DNA of 64,000 nucleotides from an uncultured Rivularia sp. (GTDB taxonomy: Bacteria > Cyanobacteriota > Cyanobacteriia > Cyanobacteriales > Nostocaceae): assembly GCA_963665115.1 (NCBI GenBank), contig OY762007.1:8480001-8544000 (forward strand), read 5' to 3'. The notes under the pieces are model-generated. The model was not told where the DNA came from. It made no database searches and was given only the letters and a program-made list of their open reading frames with translations. Both the position numbers and the translations under genes were made by a program. This document shows, in pieces, positions 1-10,975 of the stretch. Positions within the stretch are counted from its first letter, which is position 1. Each line of letters starts with the position of its first letter.

Positions 1-400
1 GTTGAGTAAAGAACAAGCAAGTTACAAACCAAAAAATACCAAACGTACCAGTTAATATCTGACCGCCGTACAATTGTTTAAAAATAAATAATGCTAACTG
101 ATATACCGAATCTGATTGTTGACTTTGCCAAAATTCTTGTATATATGCTGCGACGGTAGGAAGACTAAATAAAATCAGAAATGATATATAAGGAACAATT
201 AAATTAAAAAACTTCTTTTTGAAAAAAGCCAGGTAATCATATTTTTCTTTATATAGATATCCGCTAATAAAGAAAAAAAGCGGCATATGAAACCAGTAAA
301 TATACTTTGCAACTTTCAAGTCTGAAAAAATATCACCTGCAACAACTGTTACTATTGCAATACCTTTCCAACAATCAATCCAGTTTATTCTTTGTGACAT
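1..400 (-). CDS. Acyltransferase-3 (OafA/NolL-like) membrane O-acyltransferase, 5' part; runs off the left edge
   Basis: Not in the ORF track; my translation from ATG 400 (GGAG upstream) gives MSQRINWIDCWKGIAIVTVVAGD...FHMPLFFFISGYL...LIVPY...FWFVTCLF, open to position 1. Confidence 0.85.
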   Translation of the reverse strand, partial: MSQRINWIDCWKGIAIVTVVAGDIFSDLKVAKYIYWFHMPLFFFISGYLYKEKYDYLAFFKKKFFNLIVPYISFLILFSLPTVAAYIQEFWQSQQSDSVYQLALFIFKQLYGGQILTGTFGIFWFVTCLFFTQ

Positions 401-699
401 TAATAAATATCTCCGCAATTCAAGCAACTACTAGCAATACAAGCGTTTCTAGTCGGTAAGTTTTTGTACGGAGTATCAGTGTATTTTTTCTTTGGCGAAA
501 AATATATATATTCCTTAACAATTCATTAAAAAAATAAACAGCGAATTTGTAGTGATATTATCTACAAGACATATACCGTAAGAAATAGGCAGATTTTACA
601 TATATAGGTATATGAAGGATTAATGAATTTGATTCTGAATGAGCATGGGGAGAGAAGGGGAGACAAGGAGATGGGGAGATGGGGAGAAGAATAATTAAC

Positions 700-770
700 C
701 CTACTTCCTACTTCCTACTTCCTACTTCCTACTTCCTACTTCCTACTTCCTACTCACTACTTCCTACTCC
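700..770 (+). repeat. STRR-type heptamer tandem repeat (CCTACTT)n; representative of many such tracts, e.g. 11870-11900, 22012-22067, 22533-22590, 37850-37886, 38560-38598, 56740-56960, 60447-60500
   Basis: Direct inspection of 7-bp tandem units in intergenic DNA. Confidence 0.9.
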
Positions 771-810
771 TAGCCCTTCAAGGGTACGCAAGGCTGGTAA
801 ACTAAAACTC

Positions 811-1695
811 ATGTTTCCTAAATTTCTTCCTGATGGGGTTGAGCAATTAACGGAACCTGCTTCGATTGCTCTTGCTCAAACTGTAGAGCAAATACCTCTT
901 GTAACTCCTTTAAGTAAGCAACCGATTGCTACAACTTACGTGCGTCAAGGTAGTGATGGTACGCCATTTCTGCTTCTACATGGGTTTGATAGTTCGGTGT
1001 TGGAATATCGTCGTCTGTTACCTTTGTTGGCAGCGCAAAATGAAACGTGGGCTGTCGATCTATTGGGTTTTGGCTTTACCGATCGATTTGCGGGGATAAA
1101 ATTTAACCCGAATGAGATAAAAACCCATCTTTATTGTTTTTGGAAAAACTTGATTAACCAGCCTGTAATTTTAATAGGTGCTTCGATGGGAGGAGCCGCA
1201 GCGATTGATTTTGCTTTATCTCATCCTGAAGTAGTAGAAAAACTGGTATTAATTGATAGTGCAGGCTTAACGGGTGGCTCTCCAGCAAGTAAATTAATGT
1301 TTCCACCGTTAGATTATTTAGCAACAGAATTTTTAAAAAGTCGTAAAATACGGCAAAGCATTAGTCGCACGGCTTATAAAAATAAACAGCTTGCCACCGA
1401 AGATGCTTTGTTTTGTGGTGCGCTACATCTAGAAATGCCTAATTGGAATAAAGCTTTAATTGCTTTTACAAAAAGCGGTGGTTATCAGCCTTTTAAAGCC
1501 AGTCAACTTGAAGAGATTAAGCAAGATACGCTGATATTGTGGGGAGATAACGACAAAATTCTAGGTACTAAGGATGCCCATAAATTTAAACGGGCAATTC
1601 CTAATAGTACCTTAACCTGGATAAAAGATAGCGGGCACGTTCCTCATTTAGAACAGCCACAAGCTACCGCACAACAGATTTTGGATTTTTGCTAG
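811..1695 (+). CDS. Alpha/beta fold hydrolase
   Basis: LHGFDSS oxyanion motif, GASMGG nucleophile elbow, WGDND and SGHVPH catalytic motifs; start moved to ATG 811 because the upstream extension is translated STRR repeat. Confidence 0.9.
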   Translation: MFPKFLPDGVEQLTEPASIALAQTVEQIPLVTPLSKQPIATTYVRQGSDGTPFLLLHGFDSSVLEYRRLLPLLAAQNETWAVDLLGFGFTDRFAGIKFNPNEIKTHLYCFWKNLINQPVILIGASMGGAAAIDFALSHPEVVEKLVLIDSAGLTGGSPASKLMFPPLDYLATEFLKSRKIRQSISRTAYKNKQLATEDALFCGALHLEMPNWNKALIAFTKSGGYQPFKASQLEEIKQDTLILWGDNDKILGTKDAHKFKRAIPNSTLTWIKDSGHVPHLEQPQATAQQILDFC

Positions 1696-1720
1696 TTGTT
1701 AACTCCTAACTGTTAACTGA

Positions 1721-2578
1721 TTAATCCAACAGCCACATCGGAGCAGAACTGTCATTGTTTGGTTTTTCGGGAAGAGGGCCAGTAGGACGGGAGTAATGTT
1801 TTCTGTAAGTCAATGCGGAAGAATAATCTTTCTTTGGTTGAGTTATAGCAGATTGATTGGGAACTCTTTGCTTGGCAGCAAGTTGTCTGGAAGCAGGTTG
1901 TATAGCAGGAGGCTCCATCTGGGCAATTTTCTGGGCTGTATTAACTTCTGCTGTAAGTTTGGTATTAGCTTCTGCTAACTGTAGAGCATCTTTCTTAGCT
2001 GCATAAAGTTCTGCGTTTAACTTCTGTGCTAATTCATCTTTCTCTTGTAAAGTTAACTGTAACTCTCCAACTAGCTTCTCTAAGCTTTTTTCGTTTTTAC
2101 GTGCTGCTGTTAATTCTTGTTTAAATTCTTGTGCGGTATCTTGTAAATTTTCTAGCTTTTCTACTAATTCATCTTTCTCTTTTAGAGTTAACTGTAACTC
2201 TCTAACTAGCTTCTCCAAGCTTTTTTCGTTTTTACGTGCTGCTGTTAATTCTTGTTTAAGCTCTTCTACAGTATCCTGTAAATTTCCTAATTTTTTCGCT
2301 TCATCAACTTCTTTCTGCAACTGCTTAAACAGCTTTTCTTGTTCGGCAATTGTAGATTGAAATCCCGACGCTTGCTGCTGTAAAGTTTCTTCGTTTTTTC
2401 GTGTTTTTTCTAAAGTTGCTTGCAATTCCTTGACGGTGGCTTCTAAATCAACAGGAGCGTTTTTAGTTTGTTTATTCATATTTTTTACCTCAGATGCAGG
2501 GACATCAATAGTTGATTCGTCACCTGCTGGTTTTTTTACTTCTTCTTTTAATAAGTCTGAAAGATTTCTTCTAGCCAT
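1721..2578 (-). CDS. mcdB: McdB type 2 carboxysome-positioning partner; coiled-coil protein with an internal 45-aa duplication
   Basis: Coupled to the ParA-type gene; charged N-terminus [13 protein letters not shown], long coiled coil, Q-rich tail, Trp fourth from the C-terminus (MWLLD). Confidence 0.72.
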   Translation of the reverse strand: MARRNLSDLLKEEVKKPAGDESTIDVPASEVKNMNKQTKNAPVDLEATVKELQATLEKTRKNEETLQQQASGFQSTIAEQEKLFKQLQKEVDEAKKLGNLQDTVEELKQELTAARKNEKSLEKLVRELQLTLKEKDELVEKLENLQDTAQEFKQELTAARKNEKSLEKLVGELQLTLQEKDELAQKLNAELYAAKKDALQLAEANTKLTAEVNTAQKIAQMEPPAIQPASRQLAAKQRVPNQSAITQPKKDYSSALTYRKHYSRPTGPLPEKPNNDSSAPMWLLD

Positions 2579-3210
2579 TATTTCCTCCAATCACGCTGTA
2601 ATTCGTCAGCCACGCGGCGATAGTCAGACTCCGCCTCTCGTGCATTTTTTCCCCGTAATTGAGTAATCGCTACCCCATCTAGCGCTGCTCTTTCGTGGGC
2701 TTTGTAAATACGGACAAACGCATTACAAGCGGGAATTCCCAAACTCAAAAGAGTATTCTGAGCTTCGATTGCTTCTCTCAAACTTCGCGTATCCACTTTT
2801 GTTAACAGCACTCGATGGGGAGTACCCGAAGGAGTGACTGCTTCTTTGACTGTATCAATCAAAGCAGCTAAATCCATTGGCGCTGGGGGTGTTGGCAAAA
2901 CCAAATAATCTGCATTTGTGACTACTGCTGCTAATGCTTGAGAATGCAGCGCTGGAGGCGTATCGACTACTACTAAATCGTAACCTTTTATAGACCGTAA
3001 ACTACTTAATAATTTCGGATTTGTCTCTTGAGATAGATCGAACCCCATCCCAGAATCACTTCTGGAGAACCACCAACTAGCCGAACCTTGTACATCCGCA
3101 TCTACCAAAAGTACCTTTTTTTTCTCGGCAAAAGATGCTGCAAGATTTATTGAGGTAGTGGTTTTACCAACTCCTCCCTTCCCATTTAGGATAGCTATAA
3201 CTTTTGGCAT
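2578..3210 (-). CDS. mcdA: ParA-family ATPase McdA (type 2)
   Basis: Deviant Walker A KGGVGKTT with signature Lys, double Trp (SASWWF), VVVDTPP; 210 aa with no ParB next to it. Confidence 0.78.
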   Translation of the reverse strand: MPKVIAILNGKGGVGKTTTSINLAASFAEKKKVLLVDADVQGSASWWFSRSDSGMGFDLSQETNPKLLSSLRSIKGYDLVVVDTPPALHSQALAAVVTNADYLVLPTPPAPMDLAALIDTVKEAVTPSGTPHRVLLTKVDTRSLREAIEAQNTLLSLGIPACNAFVRIYKAHERAALDGVAITQLRGKNAREAESDYRRVADELQRDWRK

Positions 3211-3373
3211 CTATCCTTTACCCCCAACGCTTATATCAGAAAATATACCGCGTTTTGGGATGAGGGGATAGAGGGAGGGAGAGATATGGAGATGTGGAGA
3301 TGGGGGACAAGGGGACAAGGAGATGGGGGGAATTAAGAATTAGTAAAAAAATCTGGTAACTAATTTTTATTTG

Positions 3374-3426
3374 GGTTCGTAGTAAGCGATTTATCGCTTC
3401 AAGGACTTAAGTCCTTACTACGAACC
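3374..3426. repeat. REP/MITE-like palindromic element family A (GGTTCGTAGTAAG...CTTACTACGAACC); copies also at about 41638-41695, 53794-53851, 58339-58387
   Basis: Terminal inverted repeats with internal hairpins; four related copies visible. Confidence 0.8.
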
Positions 3427-3450
3427 TTTCAAAAATTATCAAAAGAAGTA

Positions 3451-4389
3451 CTAATTTCGACTTAAAGCTTGCTCTATGGTAGAAATTTTTACGGCAAAGT
3501 TGATAATATCTTGTCCAGTGTATGTATTTTTTCGTTCGGCGTTATTAATAGCAACAATATAAGGTTCGTTATTAATTACACCGATGATTGCTCCACCGGA
3601 AGAACCGCCTGCCGTGGCACAATCATGTAATAAGGAACCAGTTTCTTCTCCGGTAATGCTGCATCCAGCTTCATAACTTGCAGTCCATCCGGGACCGGCG
3701 GTGAAGTATTTTTTATACTTTTCGGTGGGAAAATCACCTGAATAACCGACAAAAAAGAAAGCTTTTTTATTGCGAGCTAATACCGCAGAAGGTAAAGATT
3801 TCCATCCTAAATAACCGTATTTTTGACCGAGAGGCTGGTTAATTTTCATAATTGCACAGTCATTTGCCATTTTGTTGGGGTCATTTTTGAAATCAGTACC
3901 GTAAATTACTTGCTCTACTTGTGCTTTGTCTTGGTAATTTTTATCAATGACGTTAGGCATAAACTCAATGTTAGTGCTTAAAGCGCCAGTTTCGTCGTCA
4001 ATAACGCAGTGAGCGTTAGTTAAAACCAAATTATCTGCAATCAAAGTTCCCGTACAGTGATAGCTGCTGCCATCATTTACAGTGCCTTTAACTCGGCCGA
4101 CCGCCGACCAAGGATATTTTCGGCTCAACATGGGGATGCGGTTATCTATACCAGTGGGAATTCCTCTATTATCATTGCCTTCGTTAGGTTTTGCTGAACG
4201 TCCTAAACCGGAAGGTATGAAAGGTTTACCATCGCTTGGCAGTTTACTAGCTTGCTCGGCACTGATAAATTCAGGTGTAATAGTTTGCTGTATTTTCGTC
4301 TGTGTTTGTGCTTCTACCGATGTCCAAAAACTAATCGTTGTGGCAGTAAGAAGCCCGGTGATTAAGAACGCTAAAAACTTTTTATTCAT
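3451..4389 (-). CDS. Secreted trypsin-like (V8/S1B-type) serine protease
   Basis: Signal peptide; CTGTLI, TNAHC (His), NDCA (Asp), GSSGG (Ser). Confidence 0.9.
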   Translation of the reverse strand: MNKKFLAFLITGLLTATTISFWTSVEAQTQTKIQQTITPEFISAEQASKLPSDGKPFIPSGLGRSAKPNEGNDNRGIPTGIDNRIPMLSRKYPWSAVGRVKGTVNDGSSYHCTGTLIADNLVLTNAHCVIDDETGALSTNIEFMPNVIDKNYQDKAQVEQVIYGTDFKNDPNKMANDCAIMKINQPLGQKYGYLGWKSLPSAVLARNKKAFFFVGYSGDFPTEKYKKYFTAGPGWTASYEAGCSITGEETGSLLHDCATAGGSSGGAIIGVINNEPYIVAINNAERKNTYTGQDIINFAVKISTIEQALSRN

Positions 4390-4496
4390 GGTTAGAAATA
4401 CTTCTTAATTGAAGATTGGAAATAATGATGAAATACTGTTAATCGGAATTTGAAGTTGGGATTTCCCATTGTTGGAGACGTAGCACTGCTACGTCT

Positions 4497-6778
4497 CTAC
4501 ATCCATTCTCCTTGTGAAGTGAAAGCAGCCCAGTAGTATGGATTGCGCCATTCTTTTTGCTGCCACATTTGCAGTTGAGCCTGACGCAAAGCAGTTGCGG
4601 GAGATGTCTTTTTCTCTAATATCGCTTGGTAAATTTGAGGTACTAATTTAGATGTTGCTTTGTCGTCAACTTGCCATAGAGATATTACGGCGTGTTCTGC
4701 ACCTGCATACATTAGTCCTCTCGTCAAGCCAATTAATCCTTCACCTGGTACACCTTTACCTAAGCCTGTTTCGCAAGCGCTGAGAACTACTAAATCTGCA
4801 CCCCAATCTAAGTTAAAAATATCACCCAGCAGCAGATTTACTCTCTCGTAAGGTTTATGCTGTTTATCTACTGCGGAGAGTAAAATTCCCGATAATTCGG
4901 GATTATCTGGATTTGCGAAACCGTGGGTTGCTAAATGTATGAATCGATATTGTTTTAGCTGTTTGTCAGTTACCCAGTTGTAATTGGCATCGAAATCAAA
5001 AGCTTGTAAATTTTCGGAAGATGGTACAAGTTTTGAAACTTTTTCTAAAATTTGTTCGGCTTCGGTGCGCGTACCTTATCGAGTTGTTGTTGGATTTGGG
5101 TTAAGTTTAGCGGTTCGGGATATTTGAGCGCTGCGTATTTAGGATTGCTAGTGCGAATTTTTGTTTTTAGCTGTTCGTGTTGGTTAATCACGTTTTCAAT
5201 TTCTTCTTGCAGTTCTTTTTTTAATTTTTCTGCTTGTGGCTTACTATCTAACTCAATATACCGTTTTTGTTTAGCACCTATTTCTTGTAAAAAACGCTTT
5301 TCTCGTGCTAAAAGTTCAGGGCTTATACCTTTGCGAATATCGACGTTAGCTTCAGTTAATAATTCTAAAAGTCCCCTAGCGCGATATTTTTCGCTAGCAT
5401 TGAGTGCTTGAGCATCGTATCCTTTTGATTGGTTTTGCTTGTGCAGTTGCATCAAAATATCGATGTGGACTTTATAGGTATCTTGCTTTGTAGCAAAGTA
5501 TAAAGTACGTAACTCGTTGCTATCAACTTTAGTTCGTAAGTCTTCAATAATATCTATTGCTGCTTTGCTGTTAGTGAGTGCGGCTTGGAAATCACCGTTT
5601 TGTTTGTGTAAAAAAGCAATATTAATAAGAGTACTTGCTTGTCCAGTTTTATCTCGAACTTCGCGCATTATAGGCAATGCTTGGTTGTATTCTTTGAGTG
5701 CTTGCTGTTTATCTCCTAATAAATAGTAGACAGCACCAATATTATTAAGAGTTGCTGCTTGTCCACTTTTATCCCCAACTTCGCGGCTTAAAGGTAATGC
5801 TTGGTTGTAGAATTTGAGTGCTTGCTGTTTATCTCCTACATTAAAGTAGACAAGACCAATATTATTGAGAGTCACTGCTTGTCCAGCTTTATCCCCAACT
5901 TCGCGCACTAGAGGTAATGCTTGGTTGTAGAATTTGAGTGCTTGCTGTTTATCTCCTACATTAAAGTAGACAAGACCAATATTATTGAGAGTCACTGCTT
6001 GTCCAGCTTTATCCCCAACTTCGCGCACTAGAGGTAATGCTTGGTTGTAGAATTTGAGCGCTTGTTGTTTATCTCCTAATGAATCGTAGACAAGGCCAAT
6101 ATTATTAAAAGTTGTTGCTTGTCCATTTTTGTCACCAACTTCGCGCTTTAGATTTAATGATTGGTTGTAGAATTTGAGTGCTTGCTGTTTATCTCCTAAT
6201 GAATTGTAGACATCACCAATATTATTGAGAATTGTTGCTTCTCCACTTTTATCTTCAACTTCGCGCATTAAAGGTAATGCACGGTTGTAGAATTTAAGCG
6301 CTTGTTGCTTATCTCCTAAATCCGAGTAGACAGCAGCAATATTATTGAGAGTTGTTGCTTCTCCGCTTTTATCCTCAACTTCGCGCCTTAAAGGTAATGC
6401 ACGGTTGTAGAATTTGAGTGCTTGCTGTTTATCTCCTAAATCCGATTTGATACGACCAATACCAAGCAAAATATTAGCTTGCCATTTTTTATCTCCTACC
6501 TTCTGCCACAATTCCAGTGCTGATTCATATTTACCAAGAGCCAACTTTAATGATTCTGCCGTTCCTTGCTCAAATAATTGCAGTCCTTCTTGGGTAAGCT
6601 TTAGAGCTTGTTTACGAATTGCTTGATTAGAATTAGCTTGCTCCTGCGCTACCTCAACCCCCGCACTTTCCGTTACCGCACCTACCGACTCACCAACCAA
6701 AACAATACCAAGCAATGCAATTAATCCAGAACTTACTAAACGATGTACCGAATTATTATTCTTATAAAACTTGCTCAT
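4497..6778 (-). pseudogene. TPR-repeat plus CHAT (caspase-like) protein with an internal deletion and frameshift at about 5075/5076
   Basis: 5045-6778 encodes a signal-like N-terminus and 40-aa TPRs; another frame 5075-4497 reads GTRTEAEQI...HLATHG...VVLSACETG...SLWQVDD...PYYWAAF. Confidence 0.85.
5640..6480 (-). repeat. 120-bp tandem coding repeats (TPR units)
   Basis: 5821-5940 and 5941-6060 differ at one base; flanking units are more diverged. Confidence 0.9.
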
Positions 6779-7056
6779 AATCTATACAAGTGGAAATTGA
6801 GGACACCTAAAGTTCACGAATGCTTAAAAAACAAAATTCTCGCTCGTAAACTATGCACAGTTCAAGCCTTGTCAGATATAAGTATCAGCCTTTCTAAGAA
6901 TTTTTACGCAATCAAAGAATTTATTTAATATTCCTTTAAAGAAAATATATTATTTGAAATGTCATTTAGCACTATTTGTACTGAAAGCTGAATTAATATT
7001 TTGTTTGATGCAACGTTTAGAAGACGTAGCACTGCGCCCCGTCTCTACATTATTTT

Positions 7057-7206
7057 GCTCCCTTCTCCTTAACAAGGAGAGGGGTGCCCGGAGGGCGGGG
7101 TGAGGTTTCGCCGAGTGTATTCTGCTCAACTGAAATTCGCTATATTTTGTCGGCAACTCAAAACCTCACCCCCAGCCCCTCTCCTTATTAAGGAGAGGGG
7201 TGCCCA
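7057..7206. repeat. Palindromic cyanobacterial element with two CTCCTT-N4-AAGGAGAGGGG hairpins
   Basis: ccttctccttaacaaggagaggggtgccc near 7061-7089 and cccctctccttattaaggagaggggtgccc near 7176-7206, with inverted ggggtgaggttt / aaacctcacccc between them. Confidence 0.75.
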
Positions 7207-7217
7207 TGATTTCACCA

Positions 7218-7787
7218 TTACCACCCAAAAGGCGAAAACAAAGAACGGTTATTCCGATGGAAATGCAGCCTTCCATATCCTAAAAATTGTCCGTGGGATT
7301 CTTCACCTTTCGGAAAAGCCGTAACTCCAAATAGATAAACACCTGCAACTGAAGGATTTCGTCTCGGCTTCAAAGCAATGGTAATTGTTTTACCGGGTTC
7401 AACTGGTGGATTAAATGTTACCGATATTGTTTTTGATTTACGTTTTTCGGTAATTTGCAGCGGTAATTTTTCTTTTTCACCGTTGCTTTTCAATATCGCA
7501 AAACTATCTTTCAAATCAAAGTTTATATAATCAAATCCCGAATGCTGGTTAATCGTTATCGTTTGCAGAGGCTCTCCCGCATCTGATGGTACTTTAACTG
7601 TAAAGTAATATGTCGCACCCCATATATTTACATCATCAAAAGTTGTTGTTGTTTTTAACAAACGAGGCACTTGCACAAAATATACTTTCCCATCCCGCAA
7701 CTGTACTGCTTGACTTAAGCCAAATGTCGAAATTTCAATACCGATGATGCAAGTTATTAACGTACTTAATGCAATGGTGAAGCGCAT
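7218..7787 (-). CDS. DUF2808-type secreted protein
   Basis: Signal peptide; ATYYFT, GEPL, FNPPVEPG, NPSVAGVYLFGVTAFP, GYGRL pattern. Confidence 0.75.
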   Translation of the reverse strand: MRFTIALSTLITCIIGIEISTFGLSQAVQLRDGKVYFVQVPRLLKTTTTFDDVNIWGATYYFTVKVPSDAGEPLQTITINQHSGFDYINFDLKDSFAILKSNGEKEKLPLQITEKRKSKTISVTFNPPVEPGKTITIALKPRRNPSVAGVYLFGVTAFPKGEESHGQFLGYGRLHFHRNNRSLFSPFGW

Positions 7788-8024
7788 GGTTAAAAGTAGG
7801 AGTTAGGAATTAGGAGTTAAGAATTAGAAGTTAGGATTTAATATTTATTAGTCCACGCAGGTGGACTTTGCTTGTGTAGCTGCGACTTATAGTCGCCAGA
7901 TAAAGTACATAAAATCAAATTATTAAGAAATGTGATGAAAAAGGTACGGTAAACACTATATTTCGCGAACAAATACGACTGTTTTGTAACAGATAGTTGA
8001 GATTAGTGGTCAAAACAACTTTCT

Positions 8025-8579
8025 ATGTTTCACACTAAGAATATAGCGAGCAATTATTTTTTTATGAATACCATTTCCACTTCTTCCAGCGTAGAATTTA
8101 AGCGTCCAGTTTGGCTAAATGTTGTTCTTTTAACTTTGGGTTTCTGGCTTAGTGCCAGTGTCATTTTAGATTGGGTAATTATGCCTAGTCTTTACGTTTC
8201 TGGAATGATGACTCAATCAAGTTTTGCATCTGCTGGCTATACAATTTTCTGGAATTTCAACCGCGTTGAATTATTATGTGCGGGATTGGTATTAACTGGG
8301 GTTTTGGCTTCTAGTCAAATTAATTTAAACTGGCAAAAAAAGATTATTTTCGGTGCAAATTTATTAGTTGCGATTACTTTAGTTGATACTTATCTTTTAA
8401 CTCCACAAATGTCTGCTATTGGATTGCAATTAAACTGGTTTGAAGCAATCACTGAAGCTCCCGCGCATATGAATTTATTGCATGGCGGATACTGGGTTCT
8501 TGAAATAGCTAAATTAGTAGTGGGCGGTACTCTTTTCGCTTGGTGTTGGAAGCAGTTGACAGTTACCAGTGAACAGTAA
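8025..8579 (+). CDS. DUF4149-like four-helix membrane protein (start may be ATG 8064)
   Basis: Four hydrophobic segments; FWLS, FNRVEL, LHGGYW motifs. Confidence 0.7.
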   Translation: MFHTKNIASNYFFMNTISTSSSVEFKRPVWLNVVLLTLGFWLSASVILDWVIMPSLYVSGMMTQSSFASAGYTIFWNFNRVELLCAGLVLTGVLASSQINLNWQKKIIFGANLLVAITLVDTYLLTPQMSAIGLQLNWFEAITEAPAHMNLLHGGYWVLEIAKLVVGGTLFAWCWKQLTVTSEQ

Positions 8580-8659
8580 GCAGTTAACAGTTAGGAGTTA
8601 AGAATTATTTACACTTCTAACTTGATTTCATATCTTAAATTAAATATTGATAATTATTT

Positions 8660-8697
8660 ACTCAGCTTGATTTATCGGGCTGAGTGTTGTTTTTTTA
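8660..8697 (+). terminator. Rho-independent terminator
   Basis: ACTCAGCTTGA-ttta-TCGGGCTGAGT hairpin followed by a T-run. Confidence 0.7.
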
Positions 8698-8788
8698 TGG
8701 TAGGAGGGGAGAGAGGAAAGAGTGGGAAGAGGGGGGTAGAAAAAATAATTCCTCACTCCTAACAACTAACAACTAACAACTAACCACA

Positions 8789-9067
8789 ATGAAAGAGCAA
8801 CAACATCCGCAATACAATCGCGATCGCCCTTTACTTGAAAATTTATTGGTGGGAGAAGCGAATGATAATAATTTGGCTGAATTAGCGAGGTTACGGATTC
8901 GCTATCATAATTTTCCAGGTGCTTTCGATATTCAAAGCGGTTTGGATGAGGTTTTGCAAAAGTGGGGAATTACAGAAGCAGAACTTTTTGAGAAAACCAG
9001 AGCAATTCATGCTGTCGGTGGAATTTACCGCACCAAGGGAAAGAAAGAAGAACAAGATTGGAATTAA
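8789..9067 (+). CDS. DUF3288 family protein
   Basis: QQHPQ...NLAELARLRIRY.NFPGA.DIQ...QDW pattern. Confidence 0.75.
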   Translation: MKEQQHPQYNRDRPLLENLLVGEANDNNLAELARLRIRYHNFPGAFDIQSGLDEVLQKWGITEAELFEKTRAIHAVGGIYRTKGKKEEQDWN

Positions 9068-9176
9068 TCAATTATCAATTATTAATTATCAATTATCAAT
9101 TGGGCATTGGGCATGGGGTTTTAGATTTTAACAACGGATGGATTTGTTTTAGATTTAGGATTGCTTAGAAGCAAGG

Positions 9177-9234
9177 AGTGGGAGCGTCTTGCTCGCTATC
9201 TATAACAAGCAAGCGAGCGAGACGCTCGCACTAC
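9177..9234. repeat. REP-like element family B (GTAGTGGGAGCGTCTYGCTC...GAGCGAGACGCTCGCACTAC); copies also at about 34196-34251 and 60664-60720
   Basis: Inverted pairs of GTAG-led palindromes; three copies. Confidence 0.8.
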
Positions 9235-9278
9235 TATTTCCCCATCTCCCTATCTCCCTATCTCCCCCTCTCCCTTTC

Positions 9279-10725
9279 TCACTCTCTAGTCTTCTGATAT
9301 TCCCGAAGTTGCTTCAAAAGTTCTTCTTGGGATGAGGAATTTTGCTGTAGGTTTTTAGTTTGTTTGATTCTTGCTTGGTTTTTTAAAGTCTGAGATGAGG
9401 ATTTGAATCTAAAAGGTTGTTTTCTAATTGGTTTTGATCTTGAAATTTGTGGTTTGTCTATGCTGGCTTTTACTGAGTCGAGGGTGGCGGCAAATTTTAC
9501 TTGCTGTTCGACTTGTTCGGTGGAGGATACTAAGCCACTTAAACCATTTACGAGTTGTTCGAGATTTTGCCGGAATTCTGGATTTCCAGTTAATTCGTCT
9601 AAATCGGATGTGATTTTCTGGGTGTTTCTCGAAGGTGACTCTGGCGGAATCTAATGTTTGTTGCAGTACTAAAAGGTTGTTTGGATCGTTGAGCGTTTTG
9701 GTAATATCGCGTAAATTAGTTGATGCTTCTGCTGCATTGGCTGAAAGTGTTTCCAGGTTTTCGAGCAATTGTCCTTTGGTAAATCTATTAATACTTGGGG
9801 ATAAACCGTTAAGGGTTGTTCTTAATTGAGAACTTGTTGCTGTGATGTCGTTTAATGCGGTAACAAGCGAAGAACGATTTGTCGTTACTAAGTTATCGAT
9901 ATTATTCAGGAGTTTGTTTGCGTTATTGGCAGTGGAACCAATTTGATCGGCTGTACCCCTAAATTGTCTTGCTGTAGTGCTAAACTCTCTTGCCGTGGCG
10001 TTTAATTGATTAGCAGTATTACCAAACTGATTTATAGTTCTATCAGTGGATGTACTGACTCTATTTGCAGCAGTTGCGACTTGATTGGCGGCCGAAGCGA
10101 AAGTTTTTAATTCTTGTTGTGTGGTTTTTGTCAAGCTGGAGACATCGCGAGTCAGTTGAGCGACTTGTGCTGCTGCTAGTGATGTATTTTTTAAAGCTTG
10201 ATTGACGTTTTCGTATACATCCGGACGGCTGTAAACTTCCGACAGACGGCTGCTGTAGCGAATCAGTTCGTCAACGCTGATACCGATTTCGCCTTTGAGA
10301 CGGGAACCATCGCAGACAATGATAGTTGGATCGCAACCTTTATCTTGAGGCCCTGCATCGACATTGCTTCGAGATACAATTCTTTCTGGTGTAATCTCAA
10401 TAATGCTTTCGCTGATTAATCCAGATTGATTCGCTTCAATTTTGACATCACGGGGGATTATTAAGTCGGGTTTATTAATATCAAGTTCTACTTCTACACC
10501 ATTTACACCTGCTTTAATCTCAGCTATATTACCTACTTTCACACCGCGATATTGAACAACAGCACCTTTTTGCATTCCACCAGCGTCCTTAAAGTCTACG
10601 ATAAAGCTATAAGTACGACCAGCGGCGCTTATTCTGTTGAGCCAGAGGAAAATTATTCCAAAGACTCCCAAGCCCAATAATATTAATAATCCAACAGAAC
10701 CTTCTCTTAATAATCGCGATCGCAT
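9279..10725 (-). CDS. mlaD: MlaD/MCE (Ycf22-like) lipid transport protein; +1 frameshift at about 9626
   Basis: EGSVGL TM anchor, V.YRGVKVG MCE domain; after TFE an extra A (GAGAAACACC), and the shifted frame continues NTQKITSDLDELTG...TRE to TGA at 9279. Confidence 0.85.
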
Positions 10726-10975
10726 TTTTCACCTCCCTTTAAAATTACGTTTCAAATTTGTAAATAAGTATTTATACATTCTTTGAACTTTTATGATTTA
10801 CATCTAAATAAGAGTTAAGCGCTGAAATGGCTACTATTACGTTGTCAACTTCAAAATTTAGATTTTATAGGTTTTCAAAATCCTTGTAAAATAAGGTGCA
10901 TTTGTAATTCACATTAGACGCGATCTATAAATTTGTAATTGATCGTAATCGTGAATATAGCGTTTGTGTTTGTTT

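Noticed and set aside
679..810. N-terminal extension of the hydrolase (PTSYFLL repeats)
   Set aside because: It is the translated STRR heptamer tract; the family-like sequence starts at ATG 811
5640..6480. 120-bp repeats as a non-coding array
   Set aside because: They are in-frame TPR units
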